Part shown: piece by piece, positions 22,401-33,957 of the stretch
Numbering within the stretch: the first letter of the stretch is position 1
How the letters are laid out: each line of letters begins with the position of its first letter
DNA from: Cladosporium halotolerans
Taxonomy: Eukaryota
Assembly: GCF_011745625.1 (NCBI RefSeq)
Contig: NW_027191500.1
Coordinates: forward strand, 62,001 to 115,357
Direction: 5' to 3'
Length of the DNA stretch: 53,357 nt
Notes under the pieces: model-generated
What the model was told of the DNA's origin: nothing
What the model saw: only the letters and a program-made list of their open reading frames with translations
The model's database searches: none
Program-made: the position numbers and the translations under genes

Positions 22401-25317
22401 CCACGTGCTATACTTGATCGGAGATGTTTCGAACACGCCGGACGAGTCTCTTGAGGCTGGCTCTGAACAGGCCGGTCGTCAAGACCACGGATCGGCTTCC
22501 TCTACACGACGTGTAGGTGGGCATTTCAGACCTATCAAACGTGCCAGGCTGCATTCAGATTACGATGACTATGCAGTGAAAGGAAAGGCTCTACTCTTGG
22601 CCCTCGAGTCCAGAACAGAGTGCGCAGCTCAAAGCGAGTGGATCAAAGACGAAGCGCTCTCTACTTGGGGTTGGCGTAGCATTCGAAATGCCAAAGTGGG
22701 CCCTGCATCTTCCGACATGGCCATGAAGCAGGTCTTCGAATATGTTGGGGCGTCTATGGAAGATGGGACGAACCACCAAGCGTACACTTCCCATTTGGAT
22801 GCCGAAGTCATTGATGGAACCACATACCGCAGGACGGATGCCGAGTTCAATAACAGATACAATCCAGCTATGATCATAGCGGAGACCATCTATGGGGTGG
22901 AGTACCAAGGGCAAACTCAAAAACCACCCGTGACTGGCAAGCCCGATCCATTTCCGAAGTTGAGATTCTGGTCGGACGTTACCTTTTTGGAGTATCAGAA
23001 CTTCATGAAATCTTCTAGCCAGTCTTTGGAATCCTTGAAGGCCGTTTGGCATTCGGCCGTCATCAACGAGGAGACTCAAGACCTCGCTGCAAGCTTCTTC
23101 GGAGTGGAGGAATGGACTGACATATCCGGCTGGCCCGGCAAAGACTTCACTTCAGGGTCAAAAGAGCTCGACGCACTGGTTGGTTCTGCTAATGGTAAAA
23201 GCGTGGCCTTTCTGTTATTGGAACATCGTAAGCAACTTGGGAATAAGGTCATCAACAAAGCCCGTGTCTGGAAGAACGAGACCCTGCACGTCCTGTACAC
23301 AATCGAAGACGCTCACACATGTGTCGATGATGATTCTAACAACTCTAAGGCACATGATCGGAGGCTTATCCGTCGAGTAGGCGAGACCGGTGCTACTTCA
23401 GTTGCGAAAGCTAAGAATGCTGGTTTGTTCTTCGTCTCGGCGCAAGATTCGCCTACCGATATCCTGGAGAGCTGTTTGAGGATCAGGCAAAGCAGTTTCG
23501 TAAGAATAAAGCAACTCAGGGACTCTGGCTGGACCCAGGTCGGCTCTGATCGCCAAGAAGCTGTTGAAGAAGAAAAGGATCGTGCCACCTTCGATTCCTG
23601 GCTGGATCTCAACTTGGATCTAAGAGCAGGCAGAAATCACAGGATATCATACCAACATCTTCGAAAGACCACGGGCAGCGACGTGAAAGCCTATCACCCA
23701 TCAGGTGCCTACTACAACAATCTCTTCACTGAAGGAGGTATCGTTGCTCTGGACAACGCAAGCCCGTGGGCGACAGGTCGCAGTATGAATCCGCAAGTGG
23801 ACGGAAACCGCAATCCATTCCCGCCGTTGAAGCAATGGAGTGACGGAGCATTCCTCGTGTATCAGGACATCTGCAGGGGCGACGCGAAAGCAATGAAGTC
23901 GCTCAGAGGTGTTCTTAGACACACCGTCACGAACACTCCAACAAGAGCAGCTCTCCAGGAGTACTTAGGCAAACAAGGCGAACTCGAGGCCAATATACCG
24001 AAACCATGGCCAGGCACGTTGTACACGTTGAAGGATGAGGGTTTCGTCATCGCACTTGGCACACCCAGCGGCAAGGGTGTGGCATACTTGCTCGCCACGC
24101 ATCGCGAGAGTCTGGGCTGGAAAGAGATCTACCAAATCCGCATTTTCAGTGCGGACTGGAGCTCGCCTTACAACATCCTGTACTACATCAGAGACCACAG
24201 GACCAACCCAGCACGCCTCCGTTCTCGAGCGCTCCTTGCGAGCGGTGGCTCCGGTTCATCTGCCTCTCCGTCTTGCGACACCCACCAGCTCGTGCGCAGG
24301 AACGTCTCCGTCACCTCATCCAGCCTTGCCAAAGATTCACATTCGCCCGGTACCAGCAACGACGCAGAATACAACCGCGCCCTCGAACGCGGCGCCCGCC
24401 TCCTCTGCGAACTCTACGCCAGCCCCAGCCAAGTCGACCAAAGCTCCTGGACAGACCCTTCCTCCCTCGCCACCCACGGCTGGGTCGAAACAACTAAATC
24501 TCCCACGGACACCAACTTCCAGCCCTTCAGCGCCATCGGCGCCGCCCTCAAGGATCTGAAAATCTCCACTGCGCCCGAAGACAACATCCTGCAAGCCTTC
24601 GTCCACGCAAAAGAATCCACACACGCGGGCCACACCTACCCTGCCACGAACGCCAGCTACAGCAACGTCTTCAACGCCAAAGCAGGCGCCATAATCGCCG
24701 ACTCCAACACGCCGCCCAGGAACCCAGCAATTAACAACCCCTTCCCCCTTTCCCAATACTCCGACGTCGTCTTCCTCGCCTGTCTAGCCGCCGCCGGCCC
24801 CTCAGCCAAAAACCTCAGATACATCTTCCGCGGCCCCGTCGCGGACCCCAGCACCCTCGCCATCGCTCAGCGCGCGCTAGCTAACCGCGGCAAAGACCTC
24901 GCCGCTTGGCCGGGCGAGAAAATCGGCATGGCGGAGGCGGACGCGCAGGCGCTTCTGGGCTCGCCGAGTGTGTTGGGAGTCGGCTATTTGCTGGCGCAGC
25001 ATAAGGATGTGCTTCGAGTGAAGGTTGTTGAGAGTGTTACGGTTTTTGAGGCGGATGGGGCGGTGGGGTTGTGTTTTTGGATTGGTGATGTTGCGGACGG
25101 AGCGGAGGGTGGGCTGCTGCCGACTGGCTTGATGGGGGAGTTGGCGGCGGCCGCGGAGGAGCAGCATGATGCTGTGCGTGTGAAACGCGCTGAAGTTGGT
25201 GTGGTTGGCAATTCGACTGGTTCGATGGTGCCGGAGGTCTACTCGACGTGGACGGCGGTTGTTAGAAAGCGTTTCAGTAACGCGGCGGGCAAGGCTTGGT
25301 CTGCTTTTCGGTTGTGA
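19479..25317 (+). CDS. Large secreted polyprotein (1927 aa) with six tandem homologous ~250-aa domains of unknown function (2 exons)
   Basis: Signal peptide LLLFQLLVLFNFWGVIA. Intron 20452-20506 (GTATGT...GCTGAT...TAG) joins ORF 19479-20498 in frame to ORF 20662-25317 and restores ALLASPNGR-GVAWFL, identical to the motif in the next repeat. Confidence 0.9.
19827..25092 (+). repeat. Six divergent intragenic domain repeats
   Basis: Approximate spans 19827-20622, 20809-21564, 21655-22428, 22555-23310, 23398-24195 and 24361-25092. Each has GW, Y-x-x-T/S-x-A-x-Y/F-x-N, PFP..SD.x(F/Y)L, WPG, an AL..(S/T/A)P(N/S)G-like segment and H..(.)L.xK motifs. Confidence 0.92.
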
Positions 25318-25845
25318 TAGACTTGTGAATGCGGTATCTGTGACGGGCTATGTTCTGTGGTCAAGCCTGCTAATGTATTAATTAGTATGTTCTCTAATGG
25401 AGTAATCTTTCAGGTGGCATCAACTTTATTGGCACTCGCATGACCTCTTACCTTCAATCATGCTGAGTCTCACTGAGATCTTGCACAGCCTACGTTCCAA
25501 CCTTATGGCAATTTGGGGGGTGAATGCATCTTGACCAGACCATAGGAAAGCAACTGTGTGAGAGGGGGAGTTCCATTTCATTGATTAAGTACACAAAAGG
25601 CTAGCTACTTTGTACCTGTACGGCAGTAGTTCGCTGCCTTGAGAAGAGTAGACACTACGAGGACCGCCACGAAACGCTCAGTTCGACGTCCATGTTGGGC
25701 GGACTCGTTCAAGAAAGGAATGGAAAAGAGAATGGAGGTCGGCATGCGCGCAGTCAGGCTGCGCGTCAGCCAGAGGTAGTGCGTGCAAGGCCTGATGCAA
25801 GGCTCGCACGACAGCGGCAGCAACGTATCATCCATGCACACACAT

Positions 25846-27773
25846 TTACCAAGCACCAGGAGCGGCGGCAGAAGGAGCCTCATCGGCAGTGGATCCAGTA
25901 CCAGCATCGGCAGAGAAGTCGGCAGCATCAGAGGTGAAAGCGGTATCCGCGGCGGCCACATCGTCCTCATCGTCCTCATCGTCGGATTCGTCGTCGAAAA
26001 CAGCTTGGCCATCCGCAGGAACAAATTCAGCCAGGAAGTCCGGGATCTCGCACTTTTGCTCGAGCAGAATGTTGACGAGGGCAGAGGCGATGTCCTGATC
26101 ACGCTCGGCGTCATAGAACGAGGTCGCACGACCTTCGTTACCGATGCGACCGGTCCTGCCAATTCTGTGGACGCATTCGGTGATGCCACCATACGCGGTG
26201 GACGGCAAGTCGAAGTTAATGACGTGCATAATGCCTGCGACGTCGAGGCCGCGAGCGGAAACGCCAGTCGCGACCAGGATGGGGATTTCTCCATGACGGA
26301 AGGCGCGCAGGGAGAACTCGCGCTCACGTTGACCTCTGTTCGAGTGGATGGCAGTGACAGGCAAGTGGCGCTGGTAGAGGTATGCGTCTAAGGCGTCGAC
26401 AGTGTGCTTTGCGTTGCAAAAGATGAGTGTCCTCACTTTCGGCCCGTCGAGCAGAAGGTCGAAGCAGGCCTTCATCTTCAGGTACCCGGCAACGTTGATG
26501 ACGTCTTGCGTAATGTTCATGTGCGTTGAGCCAGGACGACCCACGGCCAGACGGTAGTGATCGGAGGTCAAGTACTCACGGGCCACCTTGCGAATCTCTT
26601 TGGGAAACGTCGCAGAGAACATCATGTAGACGTGGTCGGCGTCCTCATTGGCGTCGCCGCCACCCAGAATCTTCGACATCTCCGTCTCCCAATCCCCATG
26701 AAGCATCTCATCTGCCTCATCGATGATGGTGTAGAGAACACGAGACATAGAAAGAACTTCAGGCCTGTTGATGAGGTCGCAGAGACGGCCAGGGGTCGAA
26801 ATCAGAATGTCCGCGCCTCTGCTGAGCTGGTCAAGGGTAACACCCATGTGCTGACCACCGCAGGTGAAGACAGGCCGCAGCATGCTGCGATAGCAAAAGC
26901 GGCGGCATTCATGGAAGACCTGCGCGGCCAATTCCTGCGTGGGAACGACAATCACCACGATTGGCTCGGCCTTCACGCGGTGATTACGGACGTCACCACT
27001 GGTGGAAGAAAACTTCGGGCGCGGAGCGCAGACCTGCTTCGCCTTGCCCATCAGGCGAGAGATGACTGGAACCAAGTACGCAGCTGTCTTGCCTGAGCCT
27101 GCCATAGGTGTCAGTAGGAGCTTGTAACAAAACGCGCAGGAGACGTACCAGTCTGCGAAACGGCGACCACATCATTGCCAGAGAGCACGGCTGGGATGGT
27201 GTAAGCCTGGATCGCAGTGGTCCTGTTCCAGCCGATCTTGTTGGTGATGGTGTCGAGCACTAGCGGGTGCAAGCCAGCGGCGGCGAACTGGGAACGAAGT
27301 CAGTAATAGATCACCGGTGAATGGACTATGGGATGGCTTACGGTGCGGACATGGAAGAGCTTGAGAGGACCTTCCACTGAGCAAGGCAGATCAAGATTGT
27401 CGAGCTTTTCTCCCTCGCGCGTGCGAAACGGGTCGTTGAAGAGTTGCTTCTCCAGCTCCGGCTGCTCAGGGCCAACCTCGCCATATTCATCGTCCCACTC
27501 GTAGACCGCATGGTGCTTCGCGTGCTCGGCGAAGGCGTCATCGTGAGTTTGGTGATAGTTCATGTTAGAGGGAACCGCGCTCCAACCAGCAGCCTTAGCC
27601 TTCTCACGAAAGGCTTCATCTTCCTCAACGGTCATGTTGCCAGCGAGAGCGGTGACCTGCTCGATTGCGGCGTCGTCATTGGCGTCAGTCTCGATATGAC
27701 CGGCGTGGTCGAGATCGTTGGTCGCGGCAAAGTCACCATTGGCGCTGCCGTTCTGATGGTAGTCGGCCATCAT
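25846..27773 (-). CDS. DEAD-box RNA helicase, Ded1/DDX3-like paralog (3 exons)
   Basis: Introns 27341-27288 and 27148-27099 restore the Q motif and SQT-GSGKT. Also PTQELA, TPGRL, DEAD, SAT, ARGLD and HRIGRTGR; N-terminal YEWDDEYGEVGP motif. Confidence 0.93.
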
Positions 27774-28366
27774 GAAGGTCTTGCAAGCTGTGCAGCGAGA
27801 GCAGGGAGCTTGTGCGAGGGCGTGAGAGTGGCTTCGAGGCAGATAGAGGCCACAGTGCAGTGGGCGGCGTCAGGGAGGGATGGTGGTAGAAGAAGGAGGG
27901 GGGAGGGAGGTTGGAAGCGGGAAAGAGAAAGTCTTCAGGGCGCTGAGCAGGTTTAGGCAGCCATTTGGCAGTGAGTGAGGAAGGCGCGCGGAGCGAAGCC
28001 GCGAAATGTGCATGTGAAGGAAGGAGCGACCCCGGTGAGCCCGGCCACGCTGCGAAACAGGCTTCACTGGGCTCAAGGTCTGCCTGAGATGCCAGAGTGA
28101 GGCCTTGAGGTTGCATGTGAAGCCATTGAAATAAGGTAGGTATGCTGAATGAGGATGGCATGTGTGTTTCAGGCATCTTAATGGCACGTGATCAGCGTGA
28201 GGCAAGGTGAAACCAAGTCGAGCAGGCAAGAGGGGTGAGATCGTGGCGGTATCGCGGTGTTGTGGTTTGATCAGAAGTAAGCGAGGCGCAAATGCTATCA
28301 TACTCATCCTTTTCATACATTTTCATTAACGTCGTTACATCCAAGTGCTGGAGACTCGGCCTCTTC

Positions 28367-29845
28367 TCAAAACGACCACACGCCTGCCATCTTCGCCCAG
28401 TCCGCCTTCTCGTACTCTTCCCTGTCCATGTCTGCGAAGACGCCCTCTCTGTTCTCCCAGTCGCGCTTGCTCCCTTCCTGTAGCGCCTCGCTCAAGGCTT
28501 CGGCGTCTGCAGACGTGGAATTGCTATGCCAGTGAAGAGACTTTGTCACCCGCACAACCCTCAGCCGCGGCAGGGTGCATTCGTCTAGGGCGATCATGAT
28601 GTCGATGGGACTGATCTTGTCCTCAACATTGGGATGCCCGGAGTTTGTGAGCTCGAGAGTGTGTAGGTGTTCGTGCTTGAGCGGGTTGCCGTAAGGAGGG
28701 TGATGCGAATTGTCCACGCCGGCTATGAGCGGCTCGCGGAAATGGCTGAAATGGCCCTCGTCGAACATAGCAGGAGTGATGTAGTCAACGCTGATGCTGA
28801 GCTTCTTGATCTGCGGCAGGAGGAACAATATGTCGTCCATTGCGTGCGCACTTAAACGTGGTAAGTGGGCGATTCTGACGTACACGAGGTTTTGCAAGGG
28901 CTGGACAGCGACTCGTAGGAGATGACTGACAGCGTATCCCTTCGCGAGCGGGCAGTGCTCGATGTTGATGCTACGGAGGGTCTGCGGAAATCCGACGACA
29001 CCGTGAAGGAAGTGTGCGTCGATGCCACCGCTGAGAGCAAGGTCTTCTAAATTGGGAGGCCAGGCAATTGCGGTGCCATTGTGGTGCACCCCGAAGCCGG
29101 ATGACCTGGGAAGCCGGAAGCTATGGAGGCTTTCGAGATGAGATACCGTACGAAATAACTCGGGCAGCGGAGGAGATTCGGATACCAAAGAGAGATCTAG
29201 CGAGCGAAGCTTGTGGCATTTGGCCAGAGCCGGTAGGCAATTCACCGCGAAGGATGCCTGGGGCGCGCGGAACTCCTCCAAAGAGTCTTTTGTTCTCCCC
29301 AGCAATCTTGCTGTGACACTCTTGCTACCCTGATGTACCAACCGGCTCATGTCCAGCACCTTCACTAGCTTCGACAACGGGCTCTTTCGAACGTGCAGGT
29401 TGATCGACGGACATATTGACTTGCAGAACTTGTCAAAGTTGCTGCCGTAGAGGTCCGGGTACCGATACAGGTAGGGGACAGCAGCGCTGTACCATTGATG
29501 GGAGAGACGGCAAACGGCTGCTAGCGAGTACTGGCTATCGGGTCCGCGGGCGAGGTATTCAAGGATCTGAAGGACAACCTCATCGGGGAGATAGATCGGC
29601 TCGGTGGTCCATGTGTTGCTCGATGTCCCATCTTCGCCCCTGTGCGGTGAAGAGGCAGGTATGTGAACATCGACATCCTTGTTAATGCCCTTGCTCTTGC
29701 CATAGTCGAGTTGGACCTTGGCCAGGTTGTCAGCCATCATGATGTCCCAGTTGGACTGCTGGTCCAACGCCATGACTGCCGAGCGCCACTGCTGAGCAAT
29801 GCGGCCCGAGCTGTTCTGGGAAGCGTTATGGAGACTGACCCGCAT
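28367..29845 (-). CDS. F-box protein with leucine-rich-repeat-like (RNI-like) C-terminus
   Basis: LPDEVVLQILEYL...LAAVCRLSHQWYSAAVPYLY F-box; repeated LxxLxL units. The start could be a downstream Met. Confidence 0.88.
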   Translation of the reverse strand: MRVSLHNASQNSSGRIAQQWRSAVMALDQQSNWDIMMADNLAKVQLDYGKSKGINKDVDVHIPASSPHRGEDGTSSNTWTTEPIYLPDEVVLQILEYLARGPDSQYSLAAVCRLSHQWYSAAVPYLYRYPDLYGSNFDKFCKSICPSINLHVRKSPLSKLVKVLDMSRLVHQGSKSVTARLLGRTKDSLEEFRAPQASFAVNCLPALAKCHKLRSLDLSLVSESPPLPELFRTVSHLESLHSFRLPRSSGFGVHHNGTAIAWPPNLEDLALSGGIDAHFLHGVVGFPQTLRSINIEHCPLAKGYAVSHLLRVAVQPLQNLVYVRIAHLPRLSAHAMDDILFLLPQIKKLSISVDYITPAMFDEGHFSHFREPLIAGVDNSHHPPYGNPLKHEHLHTLELTNSGHPNVEDKISPIDIMIALDECTLPRLRVVRVTKSLHWHSNSTSADAEALSEALQEGSKRDWENREGVFADMDREEYEKADWAKMAGVWSF

Positions 29846-30348
29846 GCATGGTCAGCCGTTTCAAGGTAGCGCGTATCCACGGAACATTGCCACGCCCTTC
29901 GGTTGCAGGAGGATAGAAGCTTGATGCGCCAGCGTTGAAGTTTGAGGTATGACGCTCGCTGTTGCTAGGATCGGCACTTGGGCGGACGGCCCGAGCGGGC
30001 GCTAAAGCATCGCTCGGGACAACTGCCAGCCACGCGCAAACGCCGAGGCTCCCCAGACTTTTGGGCGCGCGCTGACACCTCCTCCGCCTGGTGTTCGCTG
30101 CCCAAAGCACCAATGTGTGCTGGACGATTGCACGCAGGTTCGGACGGCAGCACAGCAGCGCCGTACACCGCCAGACACGTAGCACGAGCTCCACGTAGGT
30201 ATCCATCTCCCCATACCGCTATCTTGCCGCAGCCACGTATGCCGGCCGCGAAACGCTGCTATATTTGCCATACCCACCCGTCCAGCCTCCTCCCAGCCTT
30301 CGCGGCCGCTGGTCTGCAGCCACCCATTGACCGCTGCGCCCATGTACC

Positions 30349-33343
30349 ATGACAATGTCTTTCTTCCACTCCAGCACCCCGGAATCGCTCTCCACTTCCT
30401 CCAGCACTGTTGCTAGACACGGTGTCTGAGTGAGGGCGCAATGTCTTTCGCTAATCCGCCACCGAGCGCCCACGACAGGCTTCTTGCCATACGCAACACA
30501 AACGGTACGCGCAACCGCATAGCTTTGCCACCAACTATTCAGGCACTGACCCAGGTAATTTTGCAGTTTCAAATCCCAGCATAGTACACAGACGGTCAGA
30601 GCAGTCCATCACCGCCTCCGAAGACTACTATTCCCTCTCGCCCTCTTCCTCCTCATCCACCACCTACATCCCTCGTCACGTCAACGACCCTTCCAATCCA
30701 GCACACTCCGAGGCAACCATCATCCGATACTCGACACCGCCCTCTCGGTACCGCACTCCAGCACAGTCACGCGAGCAACTCGTTCAAGTAGATGACGGCA
30801 CCCTTGGCCCGGCGCCGCTGAGAGGCCTCGGGCAACGACGACAGAGCGCCGACAGCTCTAGCTCAAGGGAACGACAGCTCGCCATGCCGGCACCACTCAA
30901 CTTGCGAAGCGACAGCGGGCTTCGAAGAAAGCCTGTACCGAGTACTGTCATGGAAAATCCGAATTCACCCATCCAAGCTCAGAGCTCCGTTGTCGCCGAC
31001 CGCAGCCACTTCAGCTCGCCACCTACTCCAGGACCACATGACGAGCAGTATGTCCGCTTCGCTCTCGACCAGCTCACTAGAGACGAAGAAGTGAGAGGCT
31101 CGAAACGGTATGGCAACTCGGAAGGACGCGGCGTACACGCCCTCTACCCGGTCACTGGCGGAGTATCACAACCGCTTTTGCAACCAACGCCGAACGCCCC
31201 CATCCACAGCAACGAGAGCCGAAGAATGACGCCTTCTGGCGTGCCACCTCTCATCACACGGCATCGTTCCAAGGCCGAGCAGATTTTGGGCGAAGACCCG
31301 ACGTTGGATGACGAACCGATTTCGCCAGAAATCCCTACTCGTAGTCCACATCGGATATCGACGCCGCAGTTTCTCGGCCGCGAACCGTTAGCCACCCCAC
31401 AAGGACCCGACGTCTTTCTCCCGTGTGCGGCCGACTCTTCAAGGCCACTGCATTTCTTGCCTGGCATATTGCGTCCTGGAAGACTTGGGCTTTTCATTGC
31501 ACTGGTCTTCCTGTACTTGGTCGCCCTGATCTTCACCGCAGTCTGGTCTGTGGTGAACACAGGGCTGTGGGACTACACTGGCTTTGGCAAAGGAAGATAT
31601 TTTGTCTTCAACTATCTGCCGACTCTCCTCGGCACCGTCCTGCTTCTTTGGCTTTTCCAGATCCAGATTGCAGTGGCCCGCATCTCCCCTTTCCTCGCGC
31701 TCAGCTCAGCATCGCAGCGCGCCCGCGAAGAAGGTGCAGACCTGCCGCTGTACAAAACGAACTTCCTGTTGCCTTCGCTTTCGCACTTCCGCGCAGGCCA
31801 AACGATGCTCGGCTTTTTCGCGATCGTAGCATGGCTCCAATTGTTCACACTGCCGCTTCTGGCTTCAGCGTTCAACGTGTACTTCGCTGGCTCCCCTGAC
31901 ACTGGCGAGTGGAGATGGATCGCAACACAAGGTGTCATTTGGCCCGTCATTGGCCTCTACGCTTTTCTACTGATTGCCTCTATTGCGCTTCTTGTGTACT
32001 TCATGCGTCTGCGGGAAACTGGCATGAAATGGGATCCTCGCAGCCTAGCGGACCTGATCGTCTTGTTGGAGCGCTCCAACGCCCTCGCGGAAGACGCAGA
32101 GCTCAGCGCCGAGACTGCAAGAGTAGGATTGTGGAGGACTAGCCACAGGCCGAACGAGGTTTTCCATGCGTACGGCCTTGCGGGAAGAGAAGTCAGGAAG
32201 TACAGCCTAGAAGATGGCAGGATAATGGAGAAGTCCTCAGCTCCGGTGCAGCAGAACACAGGTGTCCTCGTTGACCTGGAAGCCCAAAGGCCGGATACTG
32301 GAGCTTCACACGGAGCCTCCTACGAGAAGGAGCGTGACTCCAATGACGCGATGCTGCCACGCCGCACAGACTCATACTCTTCGCTGAACAGCAATTCGCT
32401 CATCTCGCTTCCGTGGTATCTTCGCCCGGTGTCAACCTCACTTTGGGCGATCACGGCTATTGTTCTCCTGCTGGCTTTCCTCATCGTCTCCTACCTGCCC
32501 TCGACGAGAGTAGCAGCCGGCTTCAACCCTTCCATCCCGGCACCGGTCAACAGGATGGGATACTCAGGCACCAACTTCCTCTACTCCTTCATCCCTGCCG
32601 TCCTCGGTGAGCTCTGCCTTCTCACCTGGCTCAGCTTCGACCTCGCCCACCGCCGCCTCATGCCCTTCTTCGCCCTCTCCGAGCCCTCAGGCGAAACAGC
32701 CGAGCGCTCCCTCCTCCTATCCTACCACGCCGACCTCCCTTTCCACGCCCCTCTCGTCGCGGCCGCAAACGCACACTACCGCACCGCCTGGCTCGCCATC
32801 GTCACCCTCCTAGCCGCCACCCTCCCCACGCTCGCGGGCGGCGTGTTCTGGGCGCAATTCTTCGTCCCCACGCAATCCATCCGCATCTCGGCGCACATGC
32901 CCGCCTTCTACGCCCTGACGGTCTTCTTCACGCTCTACGCGCTGTCTCACCTCCTCCTTCTCCCCCTCTCGCCCGCTGAGCGCCGCCTCGCCCACGCCTC
33001 CAGCGCCAACAACCCCGCCCGCACCTTCGCCGACGTCCTCTCGCTCGTCCGCCACAGCCGTATCCTCGACGACGTCGCTTTCCACTCGCCCGTGTCCAAG
33101 ATCGACCTCGTAACGCGCTTGCTCTCCGCTCCCGTCGGCGCTTCGCTCGCGGGCCGCGAGAGCAGGCTCGGTGAGGCGGGCGCGAGTTTCACGAGCCTGG
33201 CGGATTCGATCCGTGGATTCGGGGACGCGAGGCAGAGGGCTATTGGGGGCTTGGGCGTGATGGAGATCCCGAGGTATTCGCTGGGGAGGTTCACGGGGAG
33301 GAATGGGAGGGAGTTTGGGGGTATTGGGAGGGTGAGGGCTTGA
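30349..33343 (+). CDS. Multi-pass membrane protein with two DUF3433-like repeats
   Basis: 819-aa ORF 30884-33343 whose frame stays open upstream to about 30555 (SEQSITASEDYYSL). Probable short first exon 30349-30421 with a weak donor. Two blocks of TM helices with FNYLPTLLG / YSFIPAVLG motifs. Confidence 0.8.
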
Positions 33344-33957
33344 GATCCTTATGGAAGCAGAGAAGGACGCGATGATGATGGCCTCGCTGCTTCGTCAGCA
33401 CTAACACCACGATTACCACCCCGCCTCACCAAAGGCCAAAGCACCGCGCCCAGCGGCGCAACGGACACACACAACAACCTCGCCCCAAAGGCGAACACAA
33501 CACAAACTGTACAGCCACCGCATCACGGAGTTCAAGCGGAGCATACAGCAGGAGTCACAACAACGGCCGGCGCATTCTTGGTTTTGCTTTTTTCCTTTTC
33601 CAAGCGAAGCGGAACCTGTTTTGGGTTTCTCTTTTTACGATCAAACGGACTTTCACGAGACATTTGGGATCACGATTCGAGGAATGGAACGGAACGATGC
33701 ATTATGTACAGACTCGAGAAAGAGATTGGCGTTTTCTCTCCACCCAGAGGGAGAGGAAGGGTGTGTATAGAATAGGAGGATAGTAATAGCAAGACGCGCG
33801 AGATTCTTGTGCATACCTCACCTACTGCTCGCTTGGTTTCAGTCTGTACGATCGTGAAAATGTGCTCTGCTCGGGAAAGACGCTTGGTGATACAAGCTCA
33901 TACATGCCAGCCGTAACAGCCTATGTAAAACGCCAGTCGCTATGAAGTATACAAGGA

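Noticed and set aside
30349..33343. Possible SAICAR synthetase label for the DUF3433-like protein
   Set aside because: No SAICAR synthetase motifs; it is a multi-TM protein. The real ADE1 is at 51532-52752.
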